Shown here: one piece after another, positions 38,198-50,030 of the stretch
Numbering within the stretch: the stretch's first letter is position 1
Layout of the letters: each line of letters opens with the position of its first letter
DNA from: Adineta vaga
Taxonomy: Eukaryota > Animalia > Rotifera
Direction: 5' to 3'
NCBI GenBank assembly: GCA_021613535.1
Contig: CP075492.1
Coordinates: 13,764,001 to 13,828,000 of the forward strand
DNA: 64,000 nt
Translations under genes and position numbers: made by a program
The notes under the pieces: model-generated
What the model was told of the DNA's origin: nothing
The model's input: only the letters and a program-made list of their open reading frames with translations
The model's database searches: none

Positions 38198-41100
38198 TCA
38201 CTGTAGGCTACGTATTGAGTCTACTAAAGCTTGATTTTCTTTCACCTCTGCATGATCGGCACCATAACCTAGGCGAGCACTATTAACAGATTTTTCTGCG
38301 TGTCTAAGAGCTGCTGTATAGTCTTTGAGTTTTCTATAAATCATTGCCGTATTATAATACGTAGTAGCCATTGATTGATGGTCAGGAGAGGGCAATGTCT
38401 CTTGAATTTTAAGCGCTTTTTCGTAGAATTCAACGGCAGCAGAGTCATCTCCCATTGCTGAATGTATTGCTGCAATCCCACTATAAAGTGGCGCTAATAA
38501 TGGATCATTAGATGGTAACTTCTTCATTCTAATATCGAGTGCCTTTTGATAAAATATCAAAGCATTTTGCTTATCATCAACAATTTTATAAGCAATAGCG
38601 ATATTGTTGTAAATAGTGGCTAGCTGAAGTTCATCTCTAGAGGGAGATTTTTCATGAATTTCAGCTGCTTTTATATAATACGATAGCGCATTGGTGTAAT
38701 CTTTCATATCAAAATATACTGAAGCAATGCTATTACAAGTTGTGGCAAGTGTTAAGTCATCAGATGCCAGCCTTTCCGCTCGAATAGTCAATGCTTTTTG
38801 ATAGTATTCGAGAGCCTTTGATTTATTGTTCATACTGAGATGAACAATACCTAGGTTGTTATAGTTGGTGGCCAATTCTAGATTATCAGCGGACGGAGAC
38901 TGTTCACGAATAGCAAGTGCTTTCGTATAATGAGAGAGTGCTTTCTCGTGATTTTTCATTGAGTAATATATTGACGCAATACTACTGTGGCTTGCAGCAA
39001 TTATCATATCATTATTGGAAAGAGCTCTTTCCCGAATAGCTAGTGCCTTCTCGTGATATCGAAGAGCATTTGATTTATCATCCATCGAATTGTAAGCGAC
39101 TGCAATGTTATTATAGTTAGTGGCTAAATCAAGATCGTCTTTTGTCAAAGATTTTTCTTCTCGGATTGCAATTGCTTTACTGTAAAATACAGTTGAGTTT
39201 GAATAATCCTTCATGCTAAAATACACCGAAGCAATGCTGGTATAAGTCGATGCTAACAGGAGACTATCAGGAGTCAATTTTTTCTTACGGATAGCACATG
39301 CTTTCTCGTAATACTCTAATGCTTTTGGATAATTCTCCATTGAATCGTATACTATTCCGATATTACTGTAAGAAGTAGCTATATCTCGATGATCTTCTGG
39401 GAGTGTTTTTTGTTCAATCTCCAGAGTTTTTTCATAATATGATAGTGCCTTTTGGTACTCCTTCATTGCATTATAAGTTAAGCCAAGGTTACTATAAGTA
39501 ATCGTTAAATTACGATGTTTAGACGTAGAAGATTTCGTTTGTATTTCCAATGCTTGTTCGAAAAATGAGAGAGCCTCTGCATACTTTTTCATTGCATGAT
39601 TTACTGATCCAAGTTTGTTTAAAGTCGTAGCCATCTGATTTGATTCATTAAGTTGTGGATTTTGTTTGCAGATTTCATAAGCTTTCTGATGCATAGATAG
39701 CGCTGTTGCATACTCTCGCATGGATTGATAAACTGAACCGATGTTGTTGTATGAAATAACAATTGATGGATGATTCGAAGGCAAGGTAGCTTGCTCAATT
39801 TCAAGCGATTTCTGATAATTTGATAATGCAGCTGATTTATCGCCCATCGAATAATAGGCCACTCCGAAATTATTATAGGTGCTAGCTAAACTTTGATGGT
39901 TCTCAGATAAAGCTTGCTTTTGAATTTCAAGTGCTTTTTCGAAGCAGGAGAGTGCTTGAGGATATTTCTCCATTGAATTATGTATTGAGCCAATACAATT
40001 AAAAATAGTAGCGTTATTAGGATGATTAGCAGGCAGAGATATTCTTTGAATTTCTTGTGCTTTTTCATAGTATTCTAGCGCCGTCAAATGATCACCCATT
40101 GAACAATGAACAGAACCAAAATTAGCGTAACTTGATGCTAAATCTGGATGTTTTGGAGGAAGTGATTTTATACGAATGTCAAGTGCCTTTTGTGAGTAAT
40201 CGAGCGCCTTGGGATAATTGACCATATCGCAATATAATCCGCTAATGTTACAATATATAATTCCAAAATCAGGATGATTCGATGGCATCGTTTTCTGACG
40301 AATATTGAGCGCTTTCTCATAAAATGAAAGCGCTTTGTCGAATTCTGCTAATGTTTTATATATTAAACCGATATTACCATAAGTTGTAGCAAGTGCAAGA
40401 TCATCTGAAGGAAGCGACTTCTTCTGTATGTCCAGTGCTTTTTCATATGTTGAAAGTGCACATGTATAATCACCTAATGATTCATATACTCCAGCAATAT
40501 TGTTATATGTCGTAGCAAGTGATGGATCATCAGGTTCCACAAATTCCATTTCGGCTTTAAGCGATTTTTCATAATATTCTAGTGCAGTCTTGTATTCACC
40601 TTTCTCATTGAAGACATAGGCAAGTTGATGATTGAGATGAAACTGTCTACGTTTGTTCGTTTCATCAGTACTTTGCAATTGTGTGCCGTATATGTTATGA
40701 GCTTGATCGAATTCGCCCATTTTAATCATAAGATGACCAAGTTTGCTCAGGGGAGAACCTTCACCGAGTTCTTTTCGCATATAATCAGCAAGAAGTTTTA
40801 GTTGTGGATCATTATCACTTGTGAGAGCTAAGTTCACTTGCCAGAGTCGATTGGCTAGTTGTTCTGTACCCAAGATTCGAAAAACTGTATGCATCGAAAA
40901 AAGATTTTCTTTTTCACCTTTATGACACGTTTCTGTTTCTACTTCGGCAAAAGGAACTGATGATACCATTGGATTAATTTCCATTTGAAAGATAATTGCC
41001 ATGACTTTTGAATTTTTCAATTCTTTTCTTGCGAAATACTTGGCAACATTTTCATCGGTAGTCGTCGATAAGAAATTATTGAACGAGAGAAGACCACCTT

Positions 41101-42178
41101 GACTTTCTTTAATCTTTTCCAAATCCTCCGGTATCATTCCTTGTCCACGATAAACGACGAATTTATCATTATCACGTATTTTCGACTGTGCTTTGTAGAA
41201 TTCTACGATTTGCTGATGAAGATCCTGTACAAAGAATCCCATTTTCATGATTGTTTCGACGTCTTGGACTCTTAAGGCTCGGTTCAACGACACATACAGA
41301 AAGGATTCTTTTGTATACCATTTTATTGCTAAGAGATTCGTATATTCTACAGCAAATTCATCAATCAGACCTAACTGCAGAATATTATCTGCATATTTAG
41401 GTCGACAATATTCAATTAGTTTAATTTTTGTCTCGGAATCGTGTTTCATTTCTATAAGAATTTCTTTCAGTAATTGAGTATACATAAATGATTGATCTAA
41501 TTCATTTGATATTGAGCTTGGCACATCCATTCGACGTATAATACTGATCGGTGTCAAACTTCCAACGAGCCCACTATCAGCTTTGATCTTTTGAAAGATG
41601 TCTTCCATGCTGAATAAGATTTCTTTTACTTTTTGTGACCATTTATTAGCCCAGGGCAAACGTTGTCGTTTCACTTGGCTAAAAATATAAATAGCTTCGA
41701 GCTGAGATTTCTCATGAACAAGCGGTACAAGTTCTTCGCCCAGACCATCTGACACAATAAGATAGACATTTTTATCATCAATATTATCGAGATAATTTAC
41801 ACATTCTGTAGACTTCGTGCATGTATAAATCGCTGGAGTAATTCGTTGAAGTTTTGTTATTGAATCATGATACAATTTCTTTGTTTGATCAATATTTGCA
41901 TCTGCCCATATAATGACGATATTTTGATTGACATCGCTAGTCGAATGTATTGATGGATTCTTAACATTGTTTTCAGATATTGTTGGCCTGTAAACATGAT
42001 CATTTAGGTGAGATTCAATACTTGTTACACTTTTTCTCGTATTTTTCTTTGATGAAGCACTAGATATACGCTGTATTGATTTATCTACTAGTGTAGTTTG
42101 TTGATTACTAGAACTTATGATTTCGGGTTTTGTTGTAGGAGGAATAACGTGAACGGTCGAACTATTTCCACAACCCAT
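38198..42178 (-). CDS. ART-TPR gene 2: N-acylation motif, alpha/beta domain, ADP-ribosyltransferase, about 20 TPRs of 42 aa; intronless and intact
   Basis: Starts MGCGNSS. ART motifs VYRGQ, FLSTT and GEKEN. Repeats of LATxYNNIxxxYxxMxDYxxALxYYEKALxI. Confidence 0.9.
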   Translation of the reverse strand: MGCGNSSTVHVIPPTTKPEIISSSNQQTTLVDKSIQRISSASSKKNTRKSVTSIESHLNDHVYRPTISENNVKNPSIHSTSDVNQNIVIIWADANIDQTKKLYHDSITKLQRITPAIYTCTKSTECVNYLDNIDDKNVYLIVSDGLGEELVPLVHEKSQLEAIYIFSQVKRQRLPWANKWSQKVKEILFSMEDIFQKIKADSGLVGSLTPISIIRRMDVPSSISNELDQSFMYTQLLKEILIEMKHDSETKIKLIEYCRPKYADNILQLGLIDEFAVEYTNLLAIKWYTKESFLYVSLNRALRVQDVETIMKMGFFVQDLHQQIVEFYKAQSKIRDNDKFVVYRGQGMIPEDLEKIKESQGGLLSFNNFLSTTTDENVAKYFARKELKNSKVMAIIFQMEINPMVSSVPFAEVETETCHKGEKENLFSMHTVFRILGTEQLANRLWQVNLALTSDNDPQLKLLADYMRKELGEGSPLSKLGHLMIKMGEFDQAHNIYGTQLQSTDETNKRRQFHLNHQLAYVFNEKGEYKTALEYYEKSLKAEMEFVEPDDPSLATTYNNIAGVYESLGDYTCALSTYEKALDIQKKSLPSDDLALATTYGNIGLIYKTLAEFDKALSFYEKALNIRQKTMPSNHPDFGIIYCNISGLYCDMVNYPKALDYSQKALDIRIKSLPPKHPDLASSYANFGSVHCSMGDHLTALEYYEKAQEIQRISLPANHPNNATIFNCIGSIHNSMEKYPQALSCFEKALEIQKQALSENHQSLASTYNNFGVAYYSMGDKSAALSNYQKSLEIEQATLPSNHPSIVISYNNIGSVYQSMREYATALSMHQKAYEICKQNPQLNESNQMATTLNKLGSVNHAMKKYAEALSFFEQALEIQTKSSTSKHRNLTITYSNLGLTYNAMKEYQKALSYYEKTLEIEQKTLPEDHRDIATSYSNIGIVYDSMENYPKALEYYEKACAIRKKKLTPDSLLLASTYTSIASVYFSMKDYSNSTVFYSKAIAIREEKSLTKDDLDLATNYNNIAVAYNSMDDKSNALRYHEKALAIRERALSNNDMIIAASHSSIASIYYSMKNHEKALSHYTKALAIREQSPSADNLELATNYNNLGIVHLSMNNKSKALEYYQKALTIRAERLASDDLTLATTCNSIASVYFDMKDYTNALSYYIKAAEIHEKSPSRDELQLATIYNNIAIAYKIVDDKQNALIFYQKALDIRMKKLPSNDPLLAPLYSGIAAIHSAMGDDSAAVEFYEKALKIQETLPSPDHQSMATTYYNTAMIYRKLKDYTAALRHAEKSVNSARLGYGADHAEVKENQALVDSIRSLQ

Positions 42179-42917
42179 AACTGAAGAATCGGCACCTCTT
42201 ATTGCTTATTGTTCTGTTGAAAATGAGTACTTTCTCGAACTTCAACAATAAATACAAAAATAGAAAAACACAACTTTCACCGAAACATGATTGAAGTATC
42301 GCCGTAGAGACACATCATTGTTTTTCATGGCTAAATAATCTACATAACAACTTTTAAAATTTCTTTTCTCTCTCTGATGTCAACAAATCGTAGATTGGTA
42401 TGCAAATATGCGTTCTTCCTACTCATTTTTCTATGAAAATTGGACGGTATAGAACATACACGGTGGAAAACCATTGTTTTGGATGAAACTTAATAAAAAA
42501 AGTTTTAAAATGATAATAAACTGGAATTCTTACGTTCTTCTGCGAAGTATTTTTTTCTATGAAACATTTACATCTGTGTTGTTAAGCATCAAACCATTTA
42601 TATCTTCATTTTTTTTCCTTTCTAAGCTTTGAAATATGCAAAACTCATTTTCTAACATAATTATAGAATTTTTTCGTCGGATGTTGCTGTTTGTACTAAG
42701 TATTTTTCAGAAAGGTGATTCACTCTGTTCGTTATTTTCTCATTCATCGCACATGAAGGACTGAGATTTTTTACGATGAGTAAGAAATAGAGCAAACTCA
42801 TAAGAGTATATTATCTAGGTGTAAACGATTACTCATTTTAAATCTCACCTATCGCAAATATTTAAATGAAAACTAATATGTCGTTACTTTACAGTAAATA
42901 TAGAAAGTTTAAGTTTA

Positions 42918-44422
42918 ATGAGTTTAATGCATCGTTTTCTTGTATGCTTTCTTTTTATCCGATTGACTATAAATGAAAATGTTGATGTTAACAACAACGT
43001 TTAGCGCTGTAATTGGTCAGCATGTAATGTTACTGGTTATCCTTCCGAATGGCTCGGTTACTCACTTGATTGTTGTACTCTTTCTGTACCCTTGAATTAT
43101 GCACAACCAAATAGATCTATTTCAATTTCAATGTCACGTCTTCATCCAGTTGAATCGAAAATTGAAAATAATACATTATTTATTTTAATGGGTGGACCCG
43201 GCTGATCTGGTTGGAGTCTAATGGAAAATGCTGCACAACTTATTCCTGCTGCACTTGCAATTATAATAATATTACCTGATCATCGTGGTACTGGATTGCC
43301 TACTGTTCTTGTTTGTGATGATCAAGATTCACAAAATATTTCTCCTGATTGTATTACGTATTTCATATCGAAATGGGGAGTGACAGGATTACATCAATTT
43401 TCTATGACTGTAGCTGCTCATGATTTAGCAATACAAATTCAATCCTATCAAGCTGAATATTCAGGTCGAGTATCTGTTTATGGTGTGTCCTATGGCACAC
43501 AATGGTTAGATCGTTTTCTACAAATCTATCCAACCTTAGTTCAATCAGCTGTAATGGATGGTGTTGTAAATCCTTTGTTAGGTTCAGTCAGTCGTTATGA
43601 TATTTGGGCATCTGCTGTTGGTTCACAATTTTTAACTTATTGTCAAATACAAGTAGAATGTAATCAATATTTTCCTATTGATCAGCCACCGCCAATTCTG
43701 CTGTTCAACATATTAACTCAACTAGATGCTAGTAAACAAAAATGTGTAAACAATTATTTCAGTCAATATCAAATTACTTCGGATAAAGTTCGTGCGTTAT
43801 TTTTTGCAATGATTCAATCTGCTGAACAATACATGGATCGTACAATTCTTTAGAAAAATGTTTGGAATTGACAATCTTAAGCAAAATATACGTAACATCC
43901 GAAGTCGATGAGAAAACTATTGTTGCTTGGCATAAACCAACGATATCATGTCTCCGAATAATGCTCGACAATATATCCGAATACTTCCACAATGGCCAAA
44001 GTATCCAATTAGATCAATATCATTTTCAAGTCGCATCCTACACACCATTGCTAATGATTTCTGGTCAACTAGATTCGTCTACTCCATTTGATCAAGCTAC
44101 CCAATTAGCTTCAATTACTTCGAAAACACGGACATTCTATGCAATACCAATAGCTGGACACATCACAATCAATATTGCTGCTGTTGGTTACTATTGTCCA
44201 TCGCAGTTAATTTGTTCATGGACATTTCCTGATCTATTTCCAAAAACATGGAGTGATTCTCAATTAGGACGACACTATTCAATGAAGTTCATGAATATCA
44301 GCCGACCATTTCACAATCATACTGATAAATTAATTCCTAATAGAGTAAACTTTCGATGTTTGACTCAAATATATCTGTATATATGTTTTTTGTTTAGCAT
44401 TGAATTGCGAACTATATCCTAG
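42918..44422 (+). pseudogene. Secreted alpha/beta-hydrolase (TAP-like/S33 peptidase) pseudogene, intronless, bacterial-like
   Basis: Signal-like N-terminus, VPLNY, GGPG*SG (TGA at 43203), TAG at 43002, DHRGTG, nucleophile GVSYG, DGV, GQLD, GH, and a frame break near 43853. Confidence 0.8.
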
Positions 44423-44593
44423 TAACTTGTTGATTGATGAAATTTTTATAACAATGAAAAGTATATAGTAAACGTTTTTCTTAGCAAAATTCAATTTTTA
44501 GAAATGCTATCTCGATTTATCTGAGTCTGCAATGATAAAGCAGGATGGAACTAGAGTAGTCCTTGAACATTATATTCTTTTATTATTAGTAGT

Positions 44594-47500
44594 TTAGTTT
44601 TTATGAAAAAAGATAAGTACGATGACAAAAAGAAAGAAAAACATTAATCGACATAGAGATGATGATTTATCACACGAGTATTCATCACATGAAACGTTCT
44701 CGATAGAATTACCGATATCTTGTAAAGACTTTTCAATGCGTCTTAGATCTTTCTCAGCATTAAGTATTTGAAATAAGTCCAATGCTTTTCTATAATAATT
44801 CTCTGAAAGTGCTCTGTCTCCAAAATGATAATAATAGATATTCCCAAATATTTCATTATTTTTTGCAATTAAATCATACTGATTATCATAATGTGTTTCG
44901 ATGATTTCCATTGATTTCTTGCAGTAATTCATACCGGCCTCATAACGATCCAACTTGCAATAAATTTCACTTATTTGACTGTAAAATTTCCCCATTTTAA
45001 TAGGATCATTCTGTTTCAGATTTTCAACTATATCAATCATGTATTCATAGATTTTTATTGCTGATAAACAATCATTCTGTTGACAATAGAATGACGATAA
45101 TTGCTGGTAGAGATTGAAGAGTGTATCATAATTTACACTCTGAACATTCTTATAGATATTTATCGCATATTCTAAGTGTTGAATGGATTGATTGGGTTTA
45201 TTCGCCTGTTGATAATATGATGCTAATCGTACATGCAGATCACTGGATGTTAATTCACAATTAGAATCCATGATTTCATGAATGTTTAAAGCGTTTCTTA
45301 AATTTTCAATAGCCAAGTCATATTCATTGATTCCTACGTATACTTTCCCAATGATCTTGTATATTCGAATGGTTTCAACATCGTTGACATTATATTTTTC
45401 TCGAATGGAGAGAGATAAATGATAATAATCTAGAGAAAAAGGATAGTTTTTTTCCTTCTCATAACTAGATCCAAAGAGAACATATATATCAGCTAAAGAT
45501 ATTTCATTCAAAGCCGATGGAAGAATTTCTTTCTGTATTTCCACAGCATGTTGATAATTTTCTCTATTGCTAATTCATATTCTTGCTTTTCATCATAACA
45601 AGTACCAATTCGTTTGTAGAGTTGAATAATTTCTATTTTATTAGCTACTATTTTCTTTCTCAAGTCTAAAGCCATTTGATAATGAAGAATAGTTAAATCA
45701 TAAATTTTCTCACTCCAAAAACATAAGGCAATCTTTTCATGAACTTCAGCAAGTTTCATTTCATCGCAAGGTAAGATCTTTTCTTCAATTTCTAATACCT
45801 TTTCGAAATGTAATCTCGATATATCAAATTGTTTCATAAGACCATAACAACGAGCAATATTCAAGTAAATCATTCTTTTCATTTCTAAAGAATCATTCAT
45901 CGATTTCATGTAATATTCTATAGCTAAATCATATTGATGATTTTCTTCATAAAAATCAGCAAGTTCATTGTAAGTTAAGGGAAAAATCGGATGATTATCA
46001 GGAAAAACTGCTTTGCGAATTGATAGAGCTCTTTGACCATAGTCAATGGCATTCTCATAATCGTCCATAAGATAGTAACCTTTGGCGATAATTATATATG
46101 CATCTGATTTGGATACCGGATCGAATAATCGATCAGAATCATTGAAAATTTGGAGTCATTTTTGCGAATGTTCGAGACCATCAGTCAAATTATTAGATGA
46201 AAAATAAATTATTGCCATATTTGTATGAATTTCTAACATGAGATCAGGATTATCGTTAATACTATCTTCAGTTATACTTCGTTCATAACATTGTAATGCT
46301 AAATCATATTCTTCTCTATAACTATAAATTCTTCCTAGAAGTAATTCAATATCTTTCATATCATTCGGAAGAATAAATCTATTGATTTGATATGCTGCAA
46401 GTGCATATTGTAATGCAAGATCTTGTTGTTTATTTAACATATGACAACGAGCTAATCCTTTCAGTACAAAATATCGTTCATATTCATATAATCTTGTTCG
46501 ATTTCTTAGATTCTTCAAAAATACAATACTCTTCTCATATTGTCCCATTTGCATCAAATACATTCCAAACGTAAGAATACTTTGGAAATTACTATTCGAA
46601 TCAATGATACGTTGTTCTAATAATTCTCGTTCTCTATCGATATAGATATTTTGTATACAATCAATATCTGCTACAGCTATCATCGATACAATCCATTGAT
46701 TTCCATCGGAATTAATATCAGTAATTTTAAATGTTACACCTAAATCAAATAGAACTTCTTGTTCATCTGGTATTTGACTAAGATGAGATATGTTTGCGTA
46801 AATCAAATTTTTACTTGATTGTTTTGGATCAACAGGAATTTCAAATAAAACATTACTAGCAAACATTTCTGCTACAGTTCGAGATAGACTTGTAGAAAGA
46901 AAGCCATTGGTTGAAACATATTGATTCCTCATTGTTTTCAATCGATCGATATCTTCGTCAGATAAAGTTAAACCACGATAGACTTTCAAGTATGGAATGT
47001 GTGTACGATGCATATCTAAACGATTCTTATTGTAGAGTTCTTGTAATTGTTTCGAAAGACAAATAATAAAAGAACGTAAATTGTAGAGAGCATCAATATC
47101 TTCAGATCGTAAAGCTTTATTGATAAAATTAAATGGAAAATAATTATTTGTGTACCAACGAATAGCTTCGAATAAATTGTATGTTTGTTCGAATTGATCA
47201 ATTTGTCGAAGACTTATACGATCATTTGCATAATAAAAACGACAATATTCTAACATTTCTTTTTTCGATGTTTCAGGTTCGATAGAGATCAATGAATCAT
47301 GTAATAATTGATACCAAGCATAGTATGCTGATTCATGTTCCAGATTACGCATAGATCTATTTGATTGTTCAATAATTTTAAAGATCGACAGATGTTTTAA
47401 TAATGAACGCATACGTTTTTCAATGAATTGAAACAATGATTTGTATTCTGTATAAATACCTATTAATTTAATATTGGTTCTATCATCGAAATGATGTTGA

Positions 47501-47817
47501 TACAATTGTCTCTCGATACAAAATATGAAGATGGAATCAATTTGATTGTTATGCTGAAAATTTGTTACGATTTCTTGTGAATAGCGACCAGCGATGATTA
47601 AAATGATTTTATAATCTGTTAAATCATTGATAAGATCAGTGAGTTGTTGAATAGTTGAACAAGTGTCTGTATGTGTATGTAATTCTTTCAATATTTGATG
47701 AATTTCAGGTTCGATAGAATCGTCCAACCAGATGATGAATAGTTCGTCATTTTTATTTAATACAAAAGTATTTATTAATAAGGTGATATCAGATGTATGT
47801 AGAACTCTTTTTGACAT
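44594..47817 (-). pseudogene. ART-TPR gene 3 with C-terminal hydrophobic tail; in-frame TGA at 46158-46156 and frameshift near 45560
   Basis: IIWLDD N-domain and VYRGL, FLSTS, DEQEVL motifs. TPRs continue in frame past the TGA, shift frame in an A-run, and end LMFFFLFVIVLIFFHKN. Confidence 0.8.
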
Positions 47818-47981
47818 TATTAGTGTCGAAATTTTTGTTTGAGTGAGAATGCACGTGGCAAAGATAAATAAGTATCCTTTTGTTTCTCTCGAGCTTCACT
47901 TCTATTGCATGCTGACGTTCTATTTCATCAGAAATTCAATAATATTTATTGAAAGATTAGGATAAAGAAAAAGAAAAATGT

Positions 47982-48395
47982 TTATGAGCACATGACTTCA
48001 ACAATAGCTTCTTTTGGTTTGTTATTCATGCCAGTTCCAGGATATGGAACAACATTTTTAAGAGTAACTGTGTATACATTAGTACCGAGAGTTACTTCCG
48101 CAACATTTATAGCAGCTGCACCCAATACCAAATCCACAATACTTGATGTTACTTTGTTAGAGAGTGATACTTGTACTGTAGCTTGTCCTGCCCAAATACA
48201 CATGACATTTGCTGGACATCGGCTGTCTTGAATAGAATTGATTTGAAGTTCTACATCACCACAAACTCGTTGTGTTCCACCAATACGAAGTCCCTGTTCT
48301 TCGATAATTGGTCTAATTGGCTTGATAGACAAACTATTTGCATAGGAAACAAGCACAATAAATACCAAAATCACTAAAGATTGCGATTGAAGCAT
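47982..48395 (-). CDS. Small secreted protein (137 aa) with DSRCPxNVxCIWAG motif, bacterial-type hypothetical family, intronless
   Basis: Signal peptide from the ATG at 48395. DSRCPANVMCIWAGQA and VVPYP resemble uncharacterised bacterial exported proteins/lipoproteins (from recall). Confidence 0.75.
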   Translation of the reverse strand: MLQSQSLVILVFIVLVSYANSLSIKPIRPIIEEQGLRIGGTQRVCGDVELQINSIQDSRCPANVMCIWAGQATVQVSLSNKVTSSIVDLVLGAAAINVAEVTLGTNVYTVTLKNVVPYPGTGMNNKPKEAIVEVMCS

Positions 48396-48912
48396 GATTG
48401 TTGTTTTTCTTTTGTGAGAAAAAGAGAGGAGAAAAGTGTATACGTCGATTTTTTGAATCAATGAATGACTATAACTGATGTGTTTTTATAGAATATATAT
48501 GCCCAATATAAAATATTTGATACAGAACGAAACAAAAACAAAATAAGACATATGATATAGATTCTTCGCAGGTGGTATGATAGAGTATTAATGTCGATAA
48601 TAACGATATAATTGACGAAAAACGACAGAGAAAAATATTTTGAATCATCACAATCGATATACAAAAAAAACCTAAGTGCATTTTTATAAACTTTTTATTT
48701 TGCATCAATCTAAATTAGAATATAGCACAATCAATTATCTTTCATTATTAACACGAGATATTTGAAATCTGTTGATTAAATTTAGCAAAAAAGAAAGATA
48801 ATTACGGAAGGCGTATGTCTTATACACGATATATTTCATGTCAATTAATCGAAATAAAATCCTAAAAGCAAACATTCTTCATTTCATAAAATCGCAATTC
48901 TTTGAAGACATC

Positions 48913-49953
48913 ATGTCAGAATCCATTGTTTCATCATTACTATTTTCTATAAAACAAATCACTATCTATTTTGGTTTAGCAATTGTTGTTGCTGGAGTTT
49001 TAGGTGGATGTCTTAATATAATTGTATTTCTTAGTCTTCGAACATTTCGACAAAATTCATGTTCATTTTATTTAACTATCATGTCTATATTAAATATTGG
49101 AGAATTACTTGTTGATCTATTGCCTCGTATTCTACTGGCTATTTATAATACAGATGGAACAGAAACATCATTATTCTATTGCAAATTTCGATTATATCTT
49201 GTTCAAATTTGTACTTTACTTTCATTAACATGTTTTTGCTTGGCTACATTTGATCAATATTGTGCGACATGTTCTCGACAACGTTTACAAAAATTTTGCA
49301 ATATGAAATTTGCTCGCCGCTTAATTATCATATTTGGTTGCATTTGGATTCTTCATGGAATACCATACTTAATATTTTTTCAACATATTTTATCACCAAT
49401 TACACGGAAAGTCAATTGTTCTATGGTACATCCTATTTTTCTACAATATCGTATATATGTTATTGTACTTATTCTTTTTGGTATTTTACCACTTGTTATA
49501 ACGATTTCATTTGGTTCATTGGCTTTTTATAATACTCGACAAATACCTCATTATACAATACCACTGCTTCGACGAGAATTAGATAAACAATTGACAACAA
49601 TGGTTTTATTGCAAATTTTTATGAATATTTTTACATTGTTACCATATACAATTGTCAATATGATTTCATTAAATATGAAAACTATCGATGATCCACTTCT
49701 GCAGGCACAAGTTCAACTGCGTTCGATTATAACGTTACTTCTCTACTATGTATATTATGCAGTAAGTGATCTTGAATTCAATTTCTTTTTTTTTCTTTAT
49801 CATCTTTATTTGTAGAATCCATTCTACATATATATTTGTGTATCAGAACGATTTCGTCGACAGTTGATCTATGTTTTATTTCGCATGCATCAAAATCGAT
49901 GCAAACAACAACGAAAAATTATAGTTATCAATCAGATATCACCACAATCTTAA
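48913..49953 (+). CDS. Rhodopsin-like orphan GPCR; exons 48913-49761 and 49816-49953
   Basis: Seven hydrophobic segments, GCLN in TM1, CKFR, DQY at the DRY position, and YYA|NPFYIY across a phase-0 intron. Confidence 0.85.
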
Positions 49954-50030
49954 GATGATTAATAATGACCATGGATTTCATTTGTGATTTCACCATAAGA
50001 TACGCAAAAATAAAAATAAAGTAGATTCTC

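Noticed and set aside
38300-40750. 126-nt periodic repeats
   Set aside because: These are coding TPR units, not a DNA repeat element.
46156-46158. In-frame TGA as selenocysteine or programmed readthrough
   Set aside because: The position corresponds to a small residue of a TPR helix, no SECIS was recognised, and a separate frameshift follows downstream.
8371-48377. Numerous 60-95 aa ORFs antisense to or overlapping larger genes (e.g. 8371-8637, 21246-21533, 41247-41477, 47992-48231)
   Set aside because: These are shadow ORFs of real coding regions with no independent motifs.
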